A stretch of DNA of 63,181 bases, the filler included, from Saprolegnia diclina VS20 (Eukaryota): assembly GCF_000281045.1 (NCBI RefSeq). It is 5 parts of 2 records of this genome, joined end to end, with 100 filler letters (N's around TTAATTAATTAA, not from the genome) between each part and the next. Parts side by side here need not be neighbours in the genome. Positions count along the whole stretch, not along the records: positions 1 to 26,730 come from NW_008246089.1; 4 more parts are not named here. The stretch is one strand, 5' to 3'. Positions 12,501 to 24,784 of this stretch are shown piece by piece (positions within the stretch are counted from its first letter, which is position 1; every line of letters begins with the position of its first letter). Both the position numbers and the translations under genes were made by a program. The notes beneath the pieces are model-generated. The model saw only the letters and a list, made by a program, of their open reading frames with translations. It was not told the DNA's origin and did no database searches.

Positions 12501-12818
12501 GCGACGTTTCTTGGCTGGCGCCGAGGCACCGTTGTCGCCGGGCGAGTCGGAGGACGCCGGTTGCGCACCGATCGGCGCGGGCGGTGGCTGCACGTTCGGC
12601 GATATCATAGGCTGCTTCTTCTGCTTCTGGCGCGGCTTGGTCTCGTGTGCGGTCACGGGCTCCCCGTCCGCCGGGTGCGTCGTGAGTGATGGTCTAGCGG
12701 CTGCGTCGTCGCCGGCGGCCTCGTCTGCGGGCGCTTGCTTCTTGGGCGTCTTCTTGCGGCGCGGCTTGGGCGCCTTCGTCGCCGGCGCGATGACAATCGT
12801 CTCGCTCGGATCGTCCAT
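9585..12818 (-). CDS. DIS3L2: DIS3-like exonuclease 2 (RNB/RNase II family), spliced
   Basis: NRAVDGDLV (cold-shock domain), RRDLRD..IFSIDP..ARDLDDAL, GVHIADV, SNRLIEEFML.AN and YYTHFTSPIRRY.D. No PIN domain; long Lys/Pro-rich N-terminus. Confidence 0.9.
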
Positions 12819-13030
12819 CGGGCTCTGAGACTGAAATGGAAATGGATCGCGAGCGATCTTGGGCAAGGATCCAGTAGGCATTATCCTATTCCAGGCAACC
12901 TCAATTCGGATAGATCCTGTTTTACAACACACTGCAAGTTCTGAGTTCTAATTGCGGCTCGATATATTGCCCACCGGATGCACTACTTTAATACGAAGTA
13001 CTAGTAGACAAGATTATTATCGCACTCGTT

Positions 13031-16000
13031 TCAGTTTGATGTCGATGCAAAGTGACGGACAATGTCGGTCATGCTCGGGCGCTTCGACGGGTCCTGCTGG
13101 AAGCACGTGGTGAGGAACGCGCGGTGGACCTCGGGGATGGAAGCTGCGTCCACGTCCAGCCGCGCACCTTCGAGTATCCGTGCCGCCGCCAAGTGGCTCG
13201 GCACGTTGGCGTACGGCGGCGTCTCCATATACGTCTCCCAGACCAAGACACCAAACGAGTACGCGTCCGACTGGTACGAAAACGCGTGGGGTGGCGTGAG
13301 CGACTCGGGCGCCATGTACTTGAGCGGCACCATGCCTTCGGGAAAGTGCGATCCGCCAAACGAACGCACGCGCCGACACAGGCCGAAATCGCATACCTTG
13401 GCGCGAAGTCCATCGTCCACCAAGCAATTCCTAAGCGAAAGATGCGTGAGCGCGATTAGGGTAGGGTTAGGGATCGATGCACCGAGCAGCAATGTCGCGG
13501 TGGATGAAGCCGCCCTCGTGGATGTTGAGAAAGCCGTTGGCAGCGTCGTAGAGAAGCCGCGTCTTTTGCTCGGTCGAGAGCGTGTGCTCTCGGCTCTGGT
13601 CTTCAAGACTCCCGAACGGAAAGTACTCGGTCACGAGACTCAGCGGCTGCGAGAGGTCTGTGCACGCACCCACAAACGGCACAATGTTGGGATGGTGCCC
13701 AAAGAGCGACAGCACCGCGGCTTCGTGCCGAAACTCTTGCACGATCTGGTCTTGGTTGTCGCCAAACTCGCTCGGCCGGAGCGTCTTGACCACGACCTAC
13801 ACATCGAGTAAGATCTCAGAGTCTCAGTAGAAGACAACGTACGTCCTGGCCGCGGTACCGAGCGCGGTACGCATCGCCAAAGTTGCCTCGACCCACAAGG
13901 TTCCTCATCTCGAGCTCGTCGTACGCGATCTCTTCGTACGTCTGCGGCAGTCGCTCGAGGTCGAACGCGACCTCGGTTGCCGTGTCGAGGGCAGATGATG
14001 GCAGTGCTGACGCGGATACAAAGACATAGGACCGAAGACGCAGCACCTCAGCGCCAACGACAATGGACGCAGAGAACATGACTTGACCGACGTCGACGAA
14101 CGCGCCGCACTCGATCCGAAACGCGACGCGCGTCACGTCGCCGTGCCACGCCAGCACCTGCGTTGGCTCGTCACAGAGCACGAAACCGTCGGGAGTTGTC
14201 AGCGTGACATGCACCAACGCACCGCGGCGCACGCGCAGCAAGACGTCGCGCGAGAGCTGCGCCGCGTCACCCTCGGCCGTCGCCTCTTCGTGCATCTCGC
14301 TTTGCTGATGCACCAGAAACGCCCAGATCGAAAAGGTAAATGTTGTGCCGCAGACGACGGTTGGGGGCGCGTACGCAGTAAAGTGCACGCGGTCTTGGAT
14401 CGATGTCGGGTCCATCGGCAAGGCACGCGTCACTTGCGGCAGCGTAAAGGCTTCTGTATTCGTCATCGCTGCGGTGGGCGACAAGGCGCCGTACTCGGGG
14501 CCATCATTGGCAAAGTCAGACACGAACGAAGCCGAGGCCACGCCGAGCGGTGTCATCGCGCCATACGTGTGAGCTGGCGCATAGGTCGTCGGCGAGACCC
14601 AGCCCGCCTGCTGCGGCAGCTGCGGCACAACGACCACGTCGGCAGCCGGAGCGACAAAGTCCTCGTCTTCTTCGACGTCGCTGCGATCGCTGACCGTCGC
14701 GGGTTGATCGGTGGTCGGAAGCGGCAGTTGCAATGTCGTGTCGACGCCATAGATGCGCACGAGGGTACCGATGGTGGCCTTGCAGAGCCAGAGCGACTGA
14801 GCACTGGCATCAGCAACAAGCACGTCAATCGAGTGCTCGCCGACAGCAAGAATGACGTAGGCGCAGCGCACTTCGCCTTGCGGGAGCGGAAGCCCGAGGT
14901 GCAGTGCGACGCCCGGCGCGGCATCGTCAAGTTGGACGTCGACGCGAATCGAGATGCGATTGGTGCTCGGCGCAATCACTTGCGAAAAGAGGATGCGGCC
15001 TTGCATTGGCTCCTCGTCAACCACTTCCACGTCCGCTGCCGTCTCTGTCTCTGGGGCACTTGCGTCGTTGTCCAGATCTGGCAGCTCCAAGCTTGAACGG
15101 GTGACGAGTGCTGGTGGTGGTCTTTCGATTACGTGATGAGTCTTGAGCTCGCGGCTACCGACGGCCGGCGGCACAATCTTGATGCGTGGGGCGTCTTCCA
15201 GCGTTGCAACGTCGACATTGACCAAGTCCTCGGCGTGCGACACATTCATGGGTGCATCGACCGCTGAAGATTGCGTAAAGAGGCGCGTCCACAGCGACTT
15301 GGTCGGAGGCGATGAGGCCGACATGGGCGGCAGTGGCACCGGGAATCCGAGTATGCCGTTGCGCTCGACGAGCTTGTATTGGTAGCCGCCCGGCTCACTG
15401 GTGCTGGACGACGACTTTGCAGCCAACGTTGGCTCGTACGCGGGTGGCGGGCCGAGCGGCGGCGCCCGCGTGAACGGCAGCAGATACGGGGCGGGCGCAC
15501 CCTTGGCGCGGGGCACCGTGTACAACGACGCCGGTGGTGACGTTGTCGTTGGGAGAAGCGGGTGCTGGCTACCGTCGACGCGCGCAATCACGAGCTCGCC
15601 AAAGATCGCGTAGTAGGTCTGCTTGGTGACCCACACGAAGATGGTGACGGCGATCCAGTTGACGAAAAAGAAGAAGATGCAAATGACTGCCATGGACCAC
15701 GCCGAGACGGGCTCGACTTGGGGCGCTGGTGTCAGCGTCAGCGGGAGCGGGAGGCTGCTTACCCACGAAGGTACCGCTGTCGATGCCCGTGCACACATTG
15801 CGGTATACTCGGTCATGAGTGAAGCCGCAACGGAGTCGTAGAAGCCCACTTGGAGCGACCGCCAACAGAAGACGTACACCAAGGTCCAGCCCGCGTGGCT
15901 TGGCGTAACGTCGTCAAGCGCGACGAGCCGCAGGTCTGCCTTAGTATCGTAGAGTGCGTGGACGAATATTTCAATGCGCCAGAGGGTCTGGGTCACGGCG

Positions 16001-16182
16001 CGGACAGGGTACAGCCCTCGCGCGGCCAACGACCGGCGGTGCATGCCACATGACTCGATACACGTCCAGATCGTCGCTAGCGCGAGAAAAGCAAGCGCGC
16101 ATGCGCTCCAGAGAGCGTTGACCACCGTGTAGAGTAGCAGCCGGACGAGCGAGCGGTCACCGGGTACAAGCGCGCTCGACAT
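13031..16182 (-). CDS. Multi-pass membrane protein kinase (TKL/TK-like), paralogue 3
   Basis: N-terminus MSSALVPGDRSLVRLL with TM helices, the VHFTAYAPP domain, and kinase motifs GRGNFG, HRDIAARN, DFG and VPLKYMAPES. Introns at 13797-13842 and 13431-13482. Confidence 0.9.
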
Positions 16183-16970
16183 TGCCGTTGCCCTTTCTAA
16201 AACAGGGACTCTGACACTCAGAATACTCTAATAAAACGCACTATATACCAGAATGTTGATCGATTTCAACAACCCGTGAAATTCGGTGCCGGTACTGAAG
16301 CAGCTAGAGTAGCGTTAAAGGCACAACCATACCGGGCTAGAGGCGCGTGGCACTACCAGTAGTCCACACCAGTCTTTGGCCGTGTCTGTCTTGCCATCGA
16401 AGCACAAATCGTGAGCGGCGACTATAGCATTACACTATTATGCATATATACACTATTATATATGTGAATCCTCGCTGAAATGTTGTCTAAATACACCCAA
16501 CACCCTGGCACATCAAACCGCGGCTAGGACGCTCTGCAACTCCAGCGCTTGGCTCAAATCGTACCCTTCGATATAAACTATCGTGAACAAATAACCCTCC
16601 ATGCACAAGAGGTATTAGAAGCTCACAACTTCCGACCACACGAGCGCTCCATACTGACAAGCCATAGCTTGGAGCTCGACGCGGGCCGATTCGCAGCAGC
16701 ATGGCTCCGACAGCTCGTGGCGAGCGTCCTACATGGTACTGAATGATCCTTCAGCAGCAGAGGGTATTGATTGCTTCTCGTCGGGTGCTCTGCGACCATT
16801 GTCGCGTAATAAGGTTCGCTAAGCAAACGTAAGGGTGCGTGCCGATAGCCATCATCCTGCCTGGGTTGGCGCGCCTTGAGTTTGTCTTGAGTTGAGTATA
16901 CTGACAACCAGATGGTCGCGGCGTGCAAGGATCTCAATCCGTTTGATTGGTGAGACGCGCTTTTGCCCGC

Positions 16971-17825
16971 ATGACCCTGGACCTGCGAGAGACGACGAGC
17001 GGCGTCGTCGGCGCCGTCTTCAACGTCTACATCGGCTTGCCCTTTGACGTCATCAAGGTGCGTCTCCAGACGCAGTCGCGCCAGCCCATCTACCGTGGTT
17101 TTGCCGACTGCCTCGCCAAGACCGTGCGCACCGAGAGCGTCCGGTCGCTCTGGAAGGGCGCGCTGCCCGCGCTCTCCAGCACGATCTTGGAAAATGCAGT
17201 GCTCTTCTCAGCTAACGGTGCGATCCGCCGCCTCGCGTTTGAGCCATCGACGTCGCTCTCGACGTTGGACGAAGCCCTCGTTGGGAGCGCGTCCGGTTTC
17301 TTTTCAGCCGCGGCGATTACGCCAGCCGAAGTCGTCAAGTGCCGCCTCCAGACGTACCAGCACGCCGAATCTATGGGTATTTGGCGCTGCCTCAAAACGA
17401 TCGTACACGAGGGTGGATTCCTCGGCCTCACCGCCGGCTTGCCCGCCGTCATGCTCCGCGACGTGCCGTTCAACTTTTGCTTCTTTGGCATGTACGACTA
17501 CTACACCAACCACTTTATGGATGCGTTGGGCGTCGAGTCGCGCCGTGAGCTGCACCCGGCCGCCGTGCTCACGGCAGGCGGCCTCGCTGGTGCCACGAGC
17601 TGGACTGTCGTGTTTCCTGCCGACGTCATCAAGTCGCGCATGCAGGTGGACGCGGCCTTGAGCTTTCGGGCTGCTGTCCGCAGCGTCTGGCGTCTCCAAG
17701 GGCTTGCGGGCTTCTACCGCGGGTGGAGCTCGGCGGTCATGGGCTCGTTTCCGGCCGACGGCAGTCTCTTCTTGGGCGTCGAGATGACGCACCGCCTCTT
17801 TGCGCACCTCGAAGTCTGCAACTAG
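16971..17825 (+). CDS. Mitochondrial carrier (SLC25; ornithine/carnitine-basic amino-acid carrier-like)
   Basis: Three Px[DE]xx[KR]x[RK] signatures: PFDVIKVR, PAEVVKCR and PADVIKSR. Confidence 0.92.
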   Translation: MTLDLRETTSGVVGAVFNVYIGLPFDVIKVRLQTQSRQPIYRGFADCLAKTVRTESVRSLWKGALPALSSTILENAVLFSANGAIRRLAFEPSTSLSTLDEALVGSASGFFSAAAITPAEVVKCRLQTYQHAESMGIWRCLKTIVHEGGFLGLTAGLPAVMLRDVPFNFCFFGMYDYYTNHFMDALGVESRRELHPAAVLTAGGLAGATSWTVVFPADVIKSRMQVDAALSFRAAVRSVWRLQGLAGFYRGWSSAVMGSFPADGSLFLGVEMTHRLFAHLEVCN

Positions 17826-18508
17826 AACCTCCGCGCGTGTAATATTAGAGTGTACATAGACTGTTGCTGCAGGACCTACGCTGCGGGAATGTTGACGGCT
17901 TGAAGCGATTCGCTCAACCCGTGGTGGATAGAAACGGCAATGTGACGGGACGCATCTGAGTAGAGATTTCTTCCGTTGATGCTTGCCTTTGGCGCTGCGC
18001 CAGATACGCACGAGCACTTGGCCTTGCGCCTGCGATGGACACGACGCCGTGTCGGCATGGCTCGACAAAGCGTTCGAGCTTTTGCGTTTGCATTCAACGG
18101 GCGCACCATGTGTTCCAAGCTGGGGCTGGGCGAGCGAGATCGGCCAAGATACTCGCAGCAACCCTCTTGAAGGGGCACCCAAGAGAAGGACGAGTGAAGG
18201 CAATCGTACCCAAGTTACGCGAACTTGTCGGTGGTGTGTCATAGACACGAGACCGCATTGTCCGACACTATGACGTGATCGCCGTGTTGCTGGACAACCA
18301 CGAGAAGGACAGTGTGAGGACGCTTCCTCGTTTGGCGGGGACGTGCTATCACGAAGATTACATATCGCTTGTCTTGAAATCGTTGAAGCTGGTATCGGGT
18401 TGTCGTCGTCTCTCGAACATCGGTGCTTTGCCGTGCACAAGTACAGTAGTCGCTGAGAAAGAAACTTTGGAATTACGAAAAAGAGAAATAATATTGAAGC
18501 CTGCGCGG

Positions 18509-19183
18509 TTAGTTTTCGCAGCAGAAGAGAAGCTTGCCGCTGACGACGGGCTGGAGGTCGCGCGCGTTCGTGTCACCGGGAATGACCTTGATAAACTCGG
18601 CGATTTGCTCGGGCGAGACCTGGCGCGGGTCCTTGACAATGACCCACTCGACGCCCTCCGTGTACGGCGGCGTCGTGAGCGACCCGGTGTAGCGGAAGTA
18701 GCTCTCGGCGTTCACGTCGAGCGAGTCGAACGAGATTTCGTCAACGAGGACGCGCGGGCCGTGGGGTTCGATCTCCGAGAGGTGCTCCCAGACCTGGGCC
18801 AAGAACTTGCTCTCGTCGCCTTCCTCAAAGAAGAAGGCGACGACCGCGAGCTTGCCGTCCTCCGACTGGTGCACGAGGTGCATGCAGAACGGGTACGCCT
18901 TGCCTTCGATCGTGTGTTCGCCTAAGGAACAAAAGCTCGTTAGCTGACCTGCTCGTCGTGCAACATGTGCGGACGTACTCGGTGTGTGAAAGTGAAACTG
19001 GATCGGGCGGTACGTCACGTCCTTGAGCACCAAGGTCGAGTCGTTGCCGCCCTTCCAGTGGACCTTGAAGTTGGAGCCGCCGTGCTCGATCTCGCCGCAG
19101 TCGCAGCCAACGGTAAAGTCGACGTGGTTGTCGACCTCCTTGGCGATCGTCGGGACAATATCGATGGGGGACTGCTGGCTCAT
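18509..19183 (-). CDS. Alpha-class carbonic anhydrase, one intron (18922-18978)
   Basis: QSPIDI, QFHFH, SEHTI.G, HLVH, YFRY.GSLTTPP..EGV.W and NAR..QP motifs. Confidence 0.92.
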   Translation of the reverse strand: MSQQSPIDIVPTIAKEVDNHVDFTVGCDCGEIEHGGSNFKVHWKGGNDSTLVLKDVTYRPIQFHFHTPSTSAHVARRAGQLTSFCSLGEHTIEGKAYPFCMHLVHQSEDGKLAVVAFFFEEGDESKFLAQVWEHLSEIEPHGPRVLVDEISFDSLDVNAESYFRYTGSLTTPPYTEGVEWVIVKDPRQVSPEQIAEFIKVIPGDTNARDLQPVVSGKLLFCCEN

Positions 19184-19185
19184 GG

Positions 19186-19203
19186 TGCAAATTCCAAAAT
19201 GAA
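19186..19203 (-). promoter_or_regulatory. Oomycete INR+FPR-like core promoter
   Basis: The minus strand reads TTCATTTTGGAATTTGCACCATG. This resembles the oomycete initiator (YCAYTYY) followed by the flanking promoter region element (AWTTTNC), just upstream of the carbonic anhydrase ATG. Confidence 0.6.
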
Positions 19204-20682
19204 CTCCTTGCTCGCAAACTGTGGCGAAAAAGTGGCTCGCGCCAATCACAACTGGAAACGCACCCAATTTGCACCAATGAGCGGCCGTCACGAAGAGCTC
19301 CACGGAGCACGACGAAACGTCAGATTGAAACCAACGCGTCGGTTTCGACCGGCCATCTGGACGTTTCAAACACTCTGGATGTCCACGACATACAAACATC
19401 GAATGCGCCCTGTTTTATACAGCCAGATGGCACGCGTGCGTGGACCGATCAAACGCCGTTTCATTCGAAAAAAACGGCAGAGCGTTACGGGCCGTGGAAG
19501 GTACGGCCAAGGGGCGCCGCAAGGTTGAAGCAAAATAAATGGACTGGTTTTCATACAAAACGATGGATAATTTTAAAAAAATGACGCCAACTTGGGTCCA
19601 CGGACACGCCAGCTGGAGCTTACGGTCACCCAACGCTGGTCCGTTGCCGATCTTTGTCGAGGCCAAAAAAACGCAGAAGGCGCTTGCCGCGTCGTAGTAG
19701 CCGAGTCTTCGTGTCTCTCCGCGCGCCCGACGATGGACCTGAGATTGACTTCGCACTTCGTGCGCCTGTCATGACGGCATTTCGAGCGCTCGCTCGTGTG
19801 TATGTGCCTCCGAGGAGCCCGCGGAGACACGTGGGGACCTACGCCAGTGGGACCGTTCAGTGGCGAACGTGGGTGGCGCTCGCGAGATTCGCAAGATCGT
19901 CGCAACCTTCAAGCATGTGTGCGACCGCCACGAGGGGGCTCGTGCTCTCGACTGCACCAGCCGCTGCCCACTGGCGGAAGGGTAACCTGTCGCGTGCAGC
20001 TGCAAGAAGCTTGGGTACCAGCCTCGCAACGACTGATTAGGATTCATTCTCCCAACTTGATTGCGATTCAACTATTGCGAGAGCTGGGGCGATCTTGGCC
20101 CTAGCCTCTACGTCATCCGTGCTTGCGATGGCTTGGGCTCAAGCGATAATACTTGGCCGGGCTCGTCAGCACACGCGGCAAACGTGCAATGGGTCTTGAC
20201 GTCACGATACAGCCACGTTCCGTCATTGCAGAGCTTGACATCGGCGGCACATGGCTACACAACAAACGTATCATCGGCAATTCCGTATCCTTCGACCCGT
20301 TCGCAAGCCAAGATACATACCGGTGGGCGCAGCGAGTGCGCTTGCAGACATTCTGCATACGCCAGTGCGACAAGCATCCTTCTGGCATTCATCGTTGCGA
20401 TTTCAGGTTTACGCTGTCGTCTACTAGTAGTGCTTCACACCGACTGAAGTCCTGGCTCACTTCATGCAAAGGCGGCCGAGTGCTTCTTCCCACACCTTTT
20501 CCGGTGCCTATTCCAGCCATACGACGCATGTAGTGTTAGCCGTGTGGTAATATAGTGTGAGACTTGAAATGGTGTTTCTCATCCTGTAAGCCGGGAAATA
20601 GTGTACAAGGTATTTTTAGACGCGGTTTTAGTGTAAAGTCCCGTTGGTACACGACGTTGTAGCACCGGCTGCGCCCATCCTG

Positions 20683-22303
20683 ATGCTGCTGCGCCCGTAC
20701 TTGGCCGGGCCGCGCCGCCTTCCTGCGGTCGCCAGCCGCCGGTCCTTCCTTTCGCTGCCCAATATGCTCTTTTCGCCCGCGTCTGCGCTCGTCAAGTCGC
20801 ACACGGAGAAGCGCGTCGTGCCATTTTCGTGCCGCGAGATGTACGACGTCGTCGCCAACGTCGACGCGTACGCGTCCTTCCTGCCGTTCTGCGTCTCGTC
20901 ACGCGTCGTGCGCCGCCCAAATGACAATGTCATGGAGGCCGATCTCACGGTCGGCTTTCAGATCTTTACTGAGACGTATCGCTCCAGGGTGCTCATGCAC
21001 GCCCCACACAAGATCCTCATCACGTCGATCGAGTCGCCTACGTTCAAGTCCATCGAGAGGTACTGCTTTGCCCATGTACGGGATGCCAAGGCTCATGGTG
21101 CCGGTGTAGCGAGTGGAACTTCCGCGAGGTGTCGCCGACGTCGTGCGAAGTCAACTTTCGTGTCACCTTTGAAGTCGCGAGCATTCTGCACTCGCAAGCG
21201 CTGCGGCTCTTCTTTGATGACGTGGCGCGCACACAGCTCAATGCGTTCATTGGGCGCACGCAAAAGCTCCAGAATGCGCAGCGACTCGCGCCGCCCTCGG
21301 TCGCGTCACCCGGCTTTCTCGACGGCAAGATGACCAGCATCGACTTGGCGAACCTCGACAGCGTCTACAAGGCGCACGCAAGTGAGGATGGCAACGAGCT
21401 GCATTTGGATGCGTTCATTCTCGCGTGCCAAAGCCTCCAAGCGTCGCCGTGGGTGCAGGCGTCACCGTCACGCGATGATTTTGGTCGGATCTGCCAAAAC
21501 AAGAATTCCGGTACAGCTTGCTGTCTCTCAATACAGTGGATAAGTGGCGTCTGTAGCGCTGGCCTCGGCGCTCTTTTCGACGTTTATGTTTCACGGCAGC
21601 GACGATCCGCGTCGCGCGCGCGACTGGATCTCGTTTGATGAGTTTGCCGTACGTGTGCTGATTCGCAAGCGTCACCAAGTTGCGTGTTGCTAGATTGGTC
21701 TCTACTTGACGCTGCACGGGTCGCTCGAAGAGAAATCCAACTTCCTTTTTCACGTTATCGACACCACTGGCGACGGCCTCATCTCGCACGACGAGCTCAC
21801 GCGCGCGATGCGCCGCCGGCTCCAAGTATGCAAGCCGGCGTCGTCGTTTGGTGGATAAGCTGTGTACATAGGTGGTCAAGGGTATCTTCCCGATGCTGCT
21901 CCAAGAACAGATCGAGCTGCAGTGTGCTCTGCAACCATCAGCAGCGACGAGTGCGACCGACACGGCGGTGCGCGACAAGGCCATGAAACTCGGCTCCGAG
22001 GCACTCGCCGACCTCATTGAAGAGATCGAGAAGGACATTCCGCTGGCCGTCGACCAAATATTTCTCGAGGCCGAACGGGAAAAGCCCGGTTTCATCTCGT
22101 TGGACGAGTGGTGCCACATGTGGTACGCATCCCAGATCTGGGCAGCATGCAAGACCACGACATTTCTGTGTAGGCAGTCGCATCCGGAGCTGGTCGAGAT
22201 GATGACAATCGACGGGATGAAGAAGATGATGCAATGGGCTGCCGTGATCCAAAAGCCGACAGACCCGCCGGCGTTCGACTCGCGCATTCTTCACGCCGAC
22301 TGA
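20683..22303 (+). CDS. COQ10-like START-domain protein fused to a C-terminal EF-hand region, spliced
   Basis: Mitochondrial-type presequence, then HTEKRVVPFS..EMYDVVANVD.Y..FLPFC..S and ADL.VGF..F.E.Y.S.V (COQ10). Downstream exons give GSLEEKSNFLFHVIDTTGDGLISHDEL (EF-hand) and a second EF-like motif, GFISLDEW. Confidence 0.8.
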
Positions 22304-22508
22304 GGCCGCCATAGACGTAGGAGCCTCCTCCCCGTCGCGATATTCTACCGCTGTAAAGAGGTGTGCGAGTGTCACTGCGTTGACGAGACGAACGTTCTTT
22401 TATGGAGGAGAATTCGGGTTGGACGTTGCACTGCCAACGCCAAGGATGAGCGTCTTCTTTGTGACACCTGCACACATAGCTCACTAGCGAATCGACGAAC
22501 GACGCAGC

Positions 22509-24535
22509 ATGCGTTTCCTCCTCCTGCAATGCTGTATGGGCGTTGTGGCGGCTCTGGTCGATAGAACCCGATGGCCCAATGCCGTCTCGGTCTCTGGTTG
22601 CACCTTTGGTGCGGGTTCGGTCCACGAGCACACCAATGCGTTTCAGTGTGATGACGCCAAGACGCGCATTAGCTGGCAAGGCGCGTGGATGACGTCGTCG
22701 TACACGCGGGGCCTTGTCACCGTGGCCATCATGCCCGTCTTTGCCTACCTCAAGCTACCACCGAACGCGTCGCTTGTCTTGACGAATGGAAGCGTGCACG
22801 TCGACCTGACGACGTTCTTTGCTCCCGACATGGCCTTCAATGTCGTGGCAGGCCCGCGCACGTACTACAATACGCTCGCCCTTGTCTTGGACGCGCCGTG
22901 CGTGGATGGTAGCAGCGGTACCAACTATGGTGTGCAGCTCGAGGCCTTTGTCCCGACCGCGCAAGAAGACACGATTCTTGAAGCCAACGCGACGTCCGAG
23001 AAACAAGACTTGTGTGGGCGGGACCAGAGTCAACACATTGCGTGCGCGTACATTCCGACGGCCCCGCGCGAGTCCATGTACGCGTTTGGGCGGCCCGTTG
23101 CGCGTATTGTCGTCAACCCTGGATCGCAGTCGGCCGAGGGCTGCACGGGCTGGCTCTGGGGCTCGGCCGGGCATTTGATCACCAACCACCACTGCATTGG
23201 TACGCCCCCGACATCATCACGGGGGTTGACGAGGTCATTGCTTTGTGTAGGCTCCGAGGCCGACGCCTTGAGCGCCCAGTTTCAGTTTGTCGCCGAGAGC
23301 TACCTCTGTCAAGGCAAGCGCGATGGCATGTGTGCCGGTGTCACGGAAGCCATCACGGCCACTTTGATTTATACGAATGCGACGCTCGACTATTCGCTCG
23401 TGAAGCTCCAGGGTGACCTTCCCGCCAAGTATGGGTACCTCCAAGCCGCACCGCGTCCGGCCACCGTCGGCATGCCCGTGTACATGCCGCAGCACCCGCG
23501 CGGCGGATGCAAACTTCTCTCGTATCTCAACGACGACAACCAATTCACGAGCATCTCAAGCTTGGCGGCGTCCGGCTGCGACAGCAAAGGCGGCTACGCT
23601 TACAACCTGGACACGGACGGCGGGTCGTCGGGGTCGCCGGTGCTGAACAAGGACTCCAACACTGTTGTGGCGTTGCACTATTGCGGTGCGACGGCTTGTC
23701 GAAATGCGGGCATTCCGATGCTGTGGATCGCGCAGGACCTCGGACGGCACAATCTCTTGCCACCCAACGCGATTGCGAGCGGGGCGCCCCCTCTCGTGCC
23801 GCCGTTTAGCGACCCCACCGTGAGCCCGTACGGCACCAACCTTCCGGGGGTTGGGTCGCCCTTTACAAAGCAGGCAGTCGTTGACGGCGTCATCGTACAA
23901 AGTGGGTCGTTCTCGGACGGATGGGTGACGAATGTCGATCACATCACCTTTCAACTGGCAGCCCCCGGCGTCGTCATCGTCGATGTCCTCTCGTTCGAAC
24001 GGGACGGCTATAAACAGGCGTTTGCCGACGTCAACGACGATTGCCGCATTGCTTATGTGGACACGATGATCCACGTCTTCTCCAACGATTCCGCCGGTAT
24101 GGATATTGTCTTTGATTGGATAGACAATAATGTTGCTTTGTAGTGCAGTACACACCGTATACGAACGACGACGTCGACTCAGTGGACCCGAGCGCCGGCA
24201 AGGCCGACGGCAGCATCTCGACGTACGATTCATACCTTGTGGCGGTGTTACCCGCCGGTGCGCACACGGTCGCAGTTGGCGCTACGAACCTCGCGCTTGC
24301 CGACGCGAGGCGCGGGCGCAATGGCTATCCATACACCCAACTTCTGGGCTGCGCGGGGGTCGCCACCGAGTCTGGCGACAGCGGCGCCTACCGCGTGACG
24401 CTCTCAGCGACCGTGCCCCTCACGATCAAGCATTCCACCGCCGTGCCAAAGGTGGCCGAGTGCGCCATGGAAGGCGAGGCAGCGCTCATTCGTCAATGCG
24501 AAGCGATTCTCGACGCCTCGTACGACATGCGCTGA
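22509..24535 (+). CDS. Secreted S1 serine protease with C-terminal DVUA0089/PPC-like domain
   Basis: Signal peptide, CTGWLWG..GHLITNHHC, DYSLV and DGGSSGSP. Introns at 23200-23250 and 24097-24143. The C-terminus reads DVNDDCRIAYVDTMIHVF...NDD...DGSISTYDSYL...LPAGAHTVAVG. Confidence 0.85.
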
Positions 24536-24784
24536 CGAAAACACCAACATATATACAGTACCATTGACCCTACAATCCGTGTCTGCCTCTAAGTGGAAAC
24601 GCGACAAGCCCTTGGTCAAATGAGCTTCACGGGTTGGTGCGAAGAAAGAGCGGACTGGTATTATCATTACACTGTCCTTGGATGTTGCGCAGAACGAGCT
24701 TCGAAGTCGCGCACCTCGGCCGAACGCCGTCATGTTCGGTTTCACCATAACGGGATTTTAGCTCGGTGGATTTTGCATCCCTTG

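Noticed and set aside
13456..13472. TTAGGGTAGGGTTAGGG in an intron, and CCCTAACCC at ~29905 and ~29938
   Set aside because: Too short to call interstitial telomere, and three G-runs are insufficient for an intramolecular G-quadruplex.
18922..23250. Stop-free introns with lengths divisible by three (57 nt in the carbonic anhydrase, 51 nt in the protease)
   Set aside because: Common by chance for short GC-rich introns; no evidence of regulated retention.
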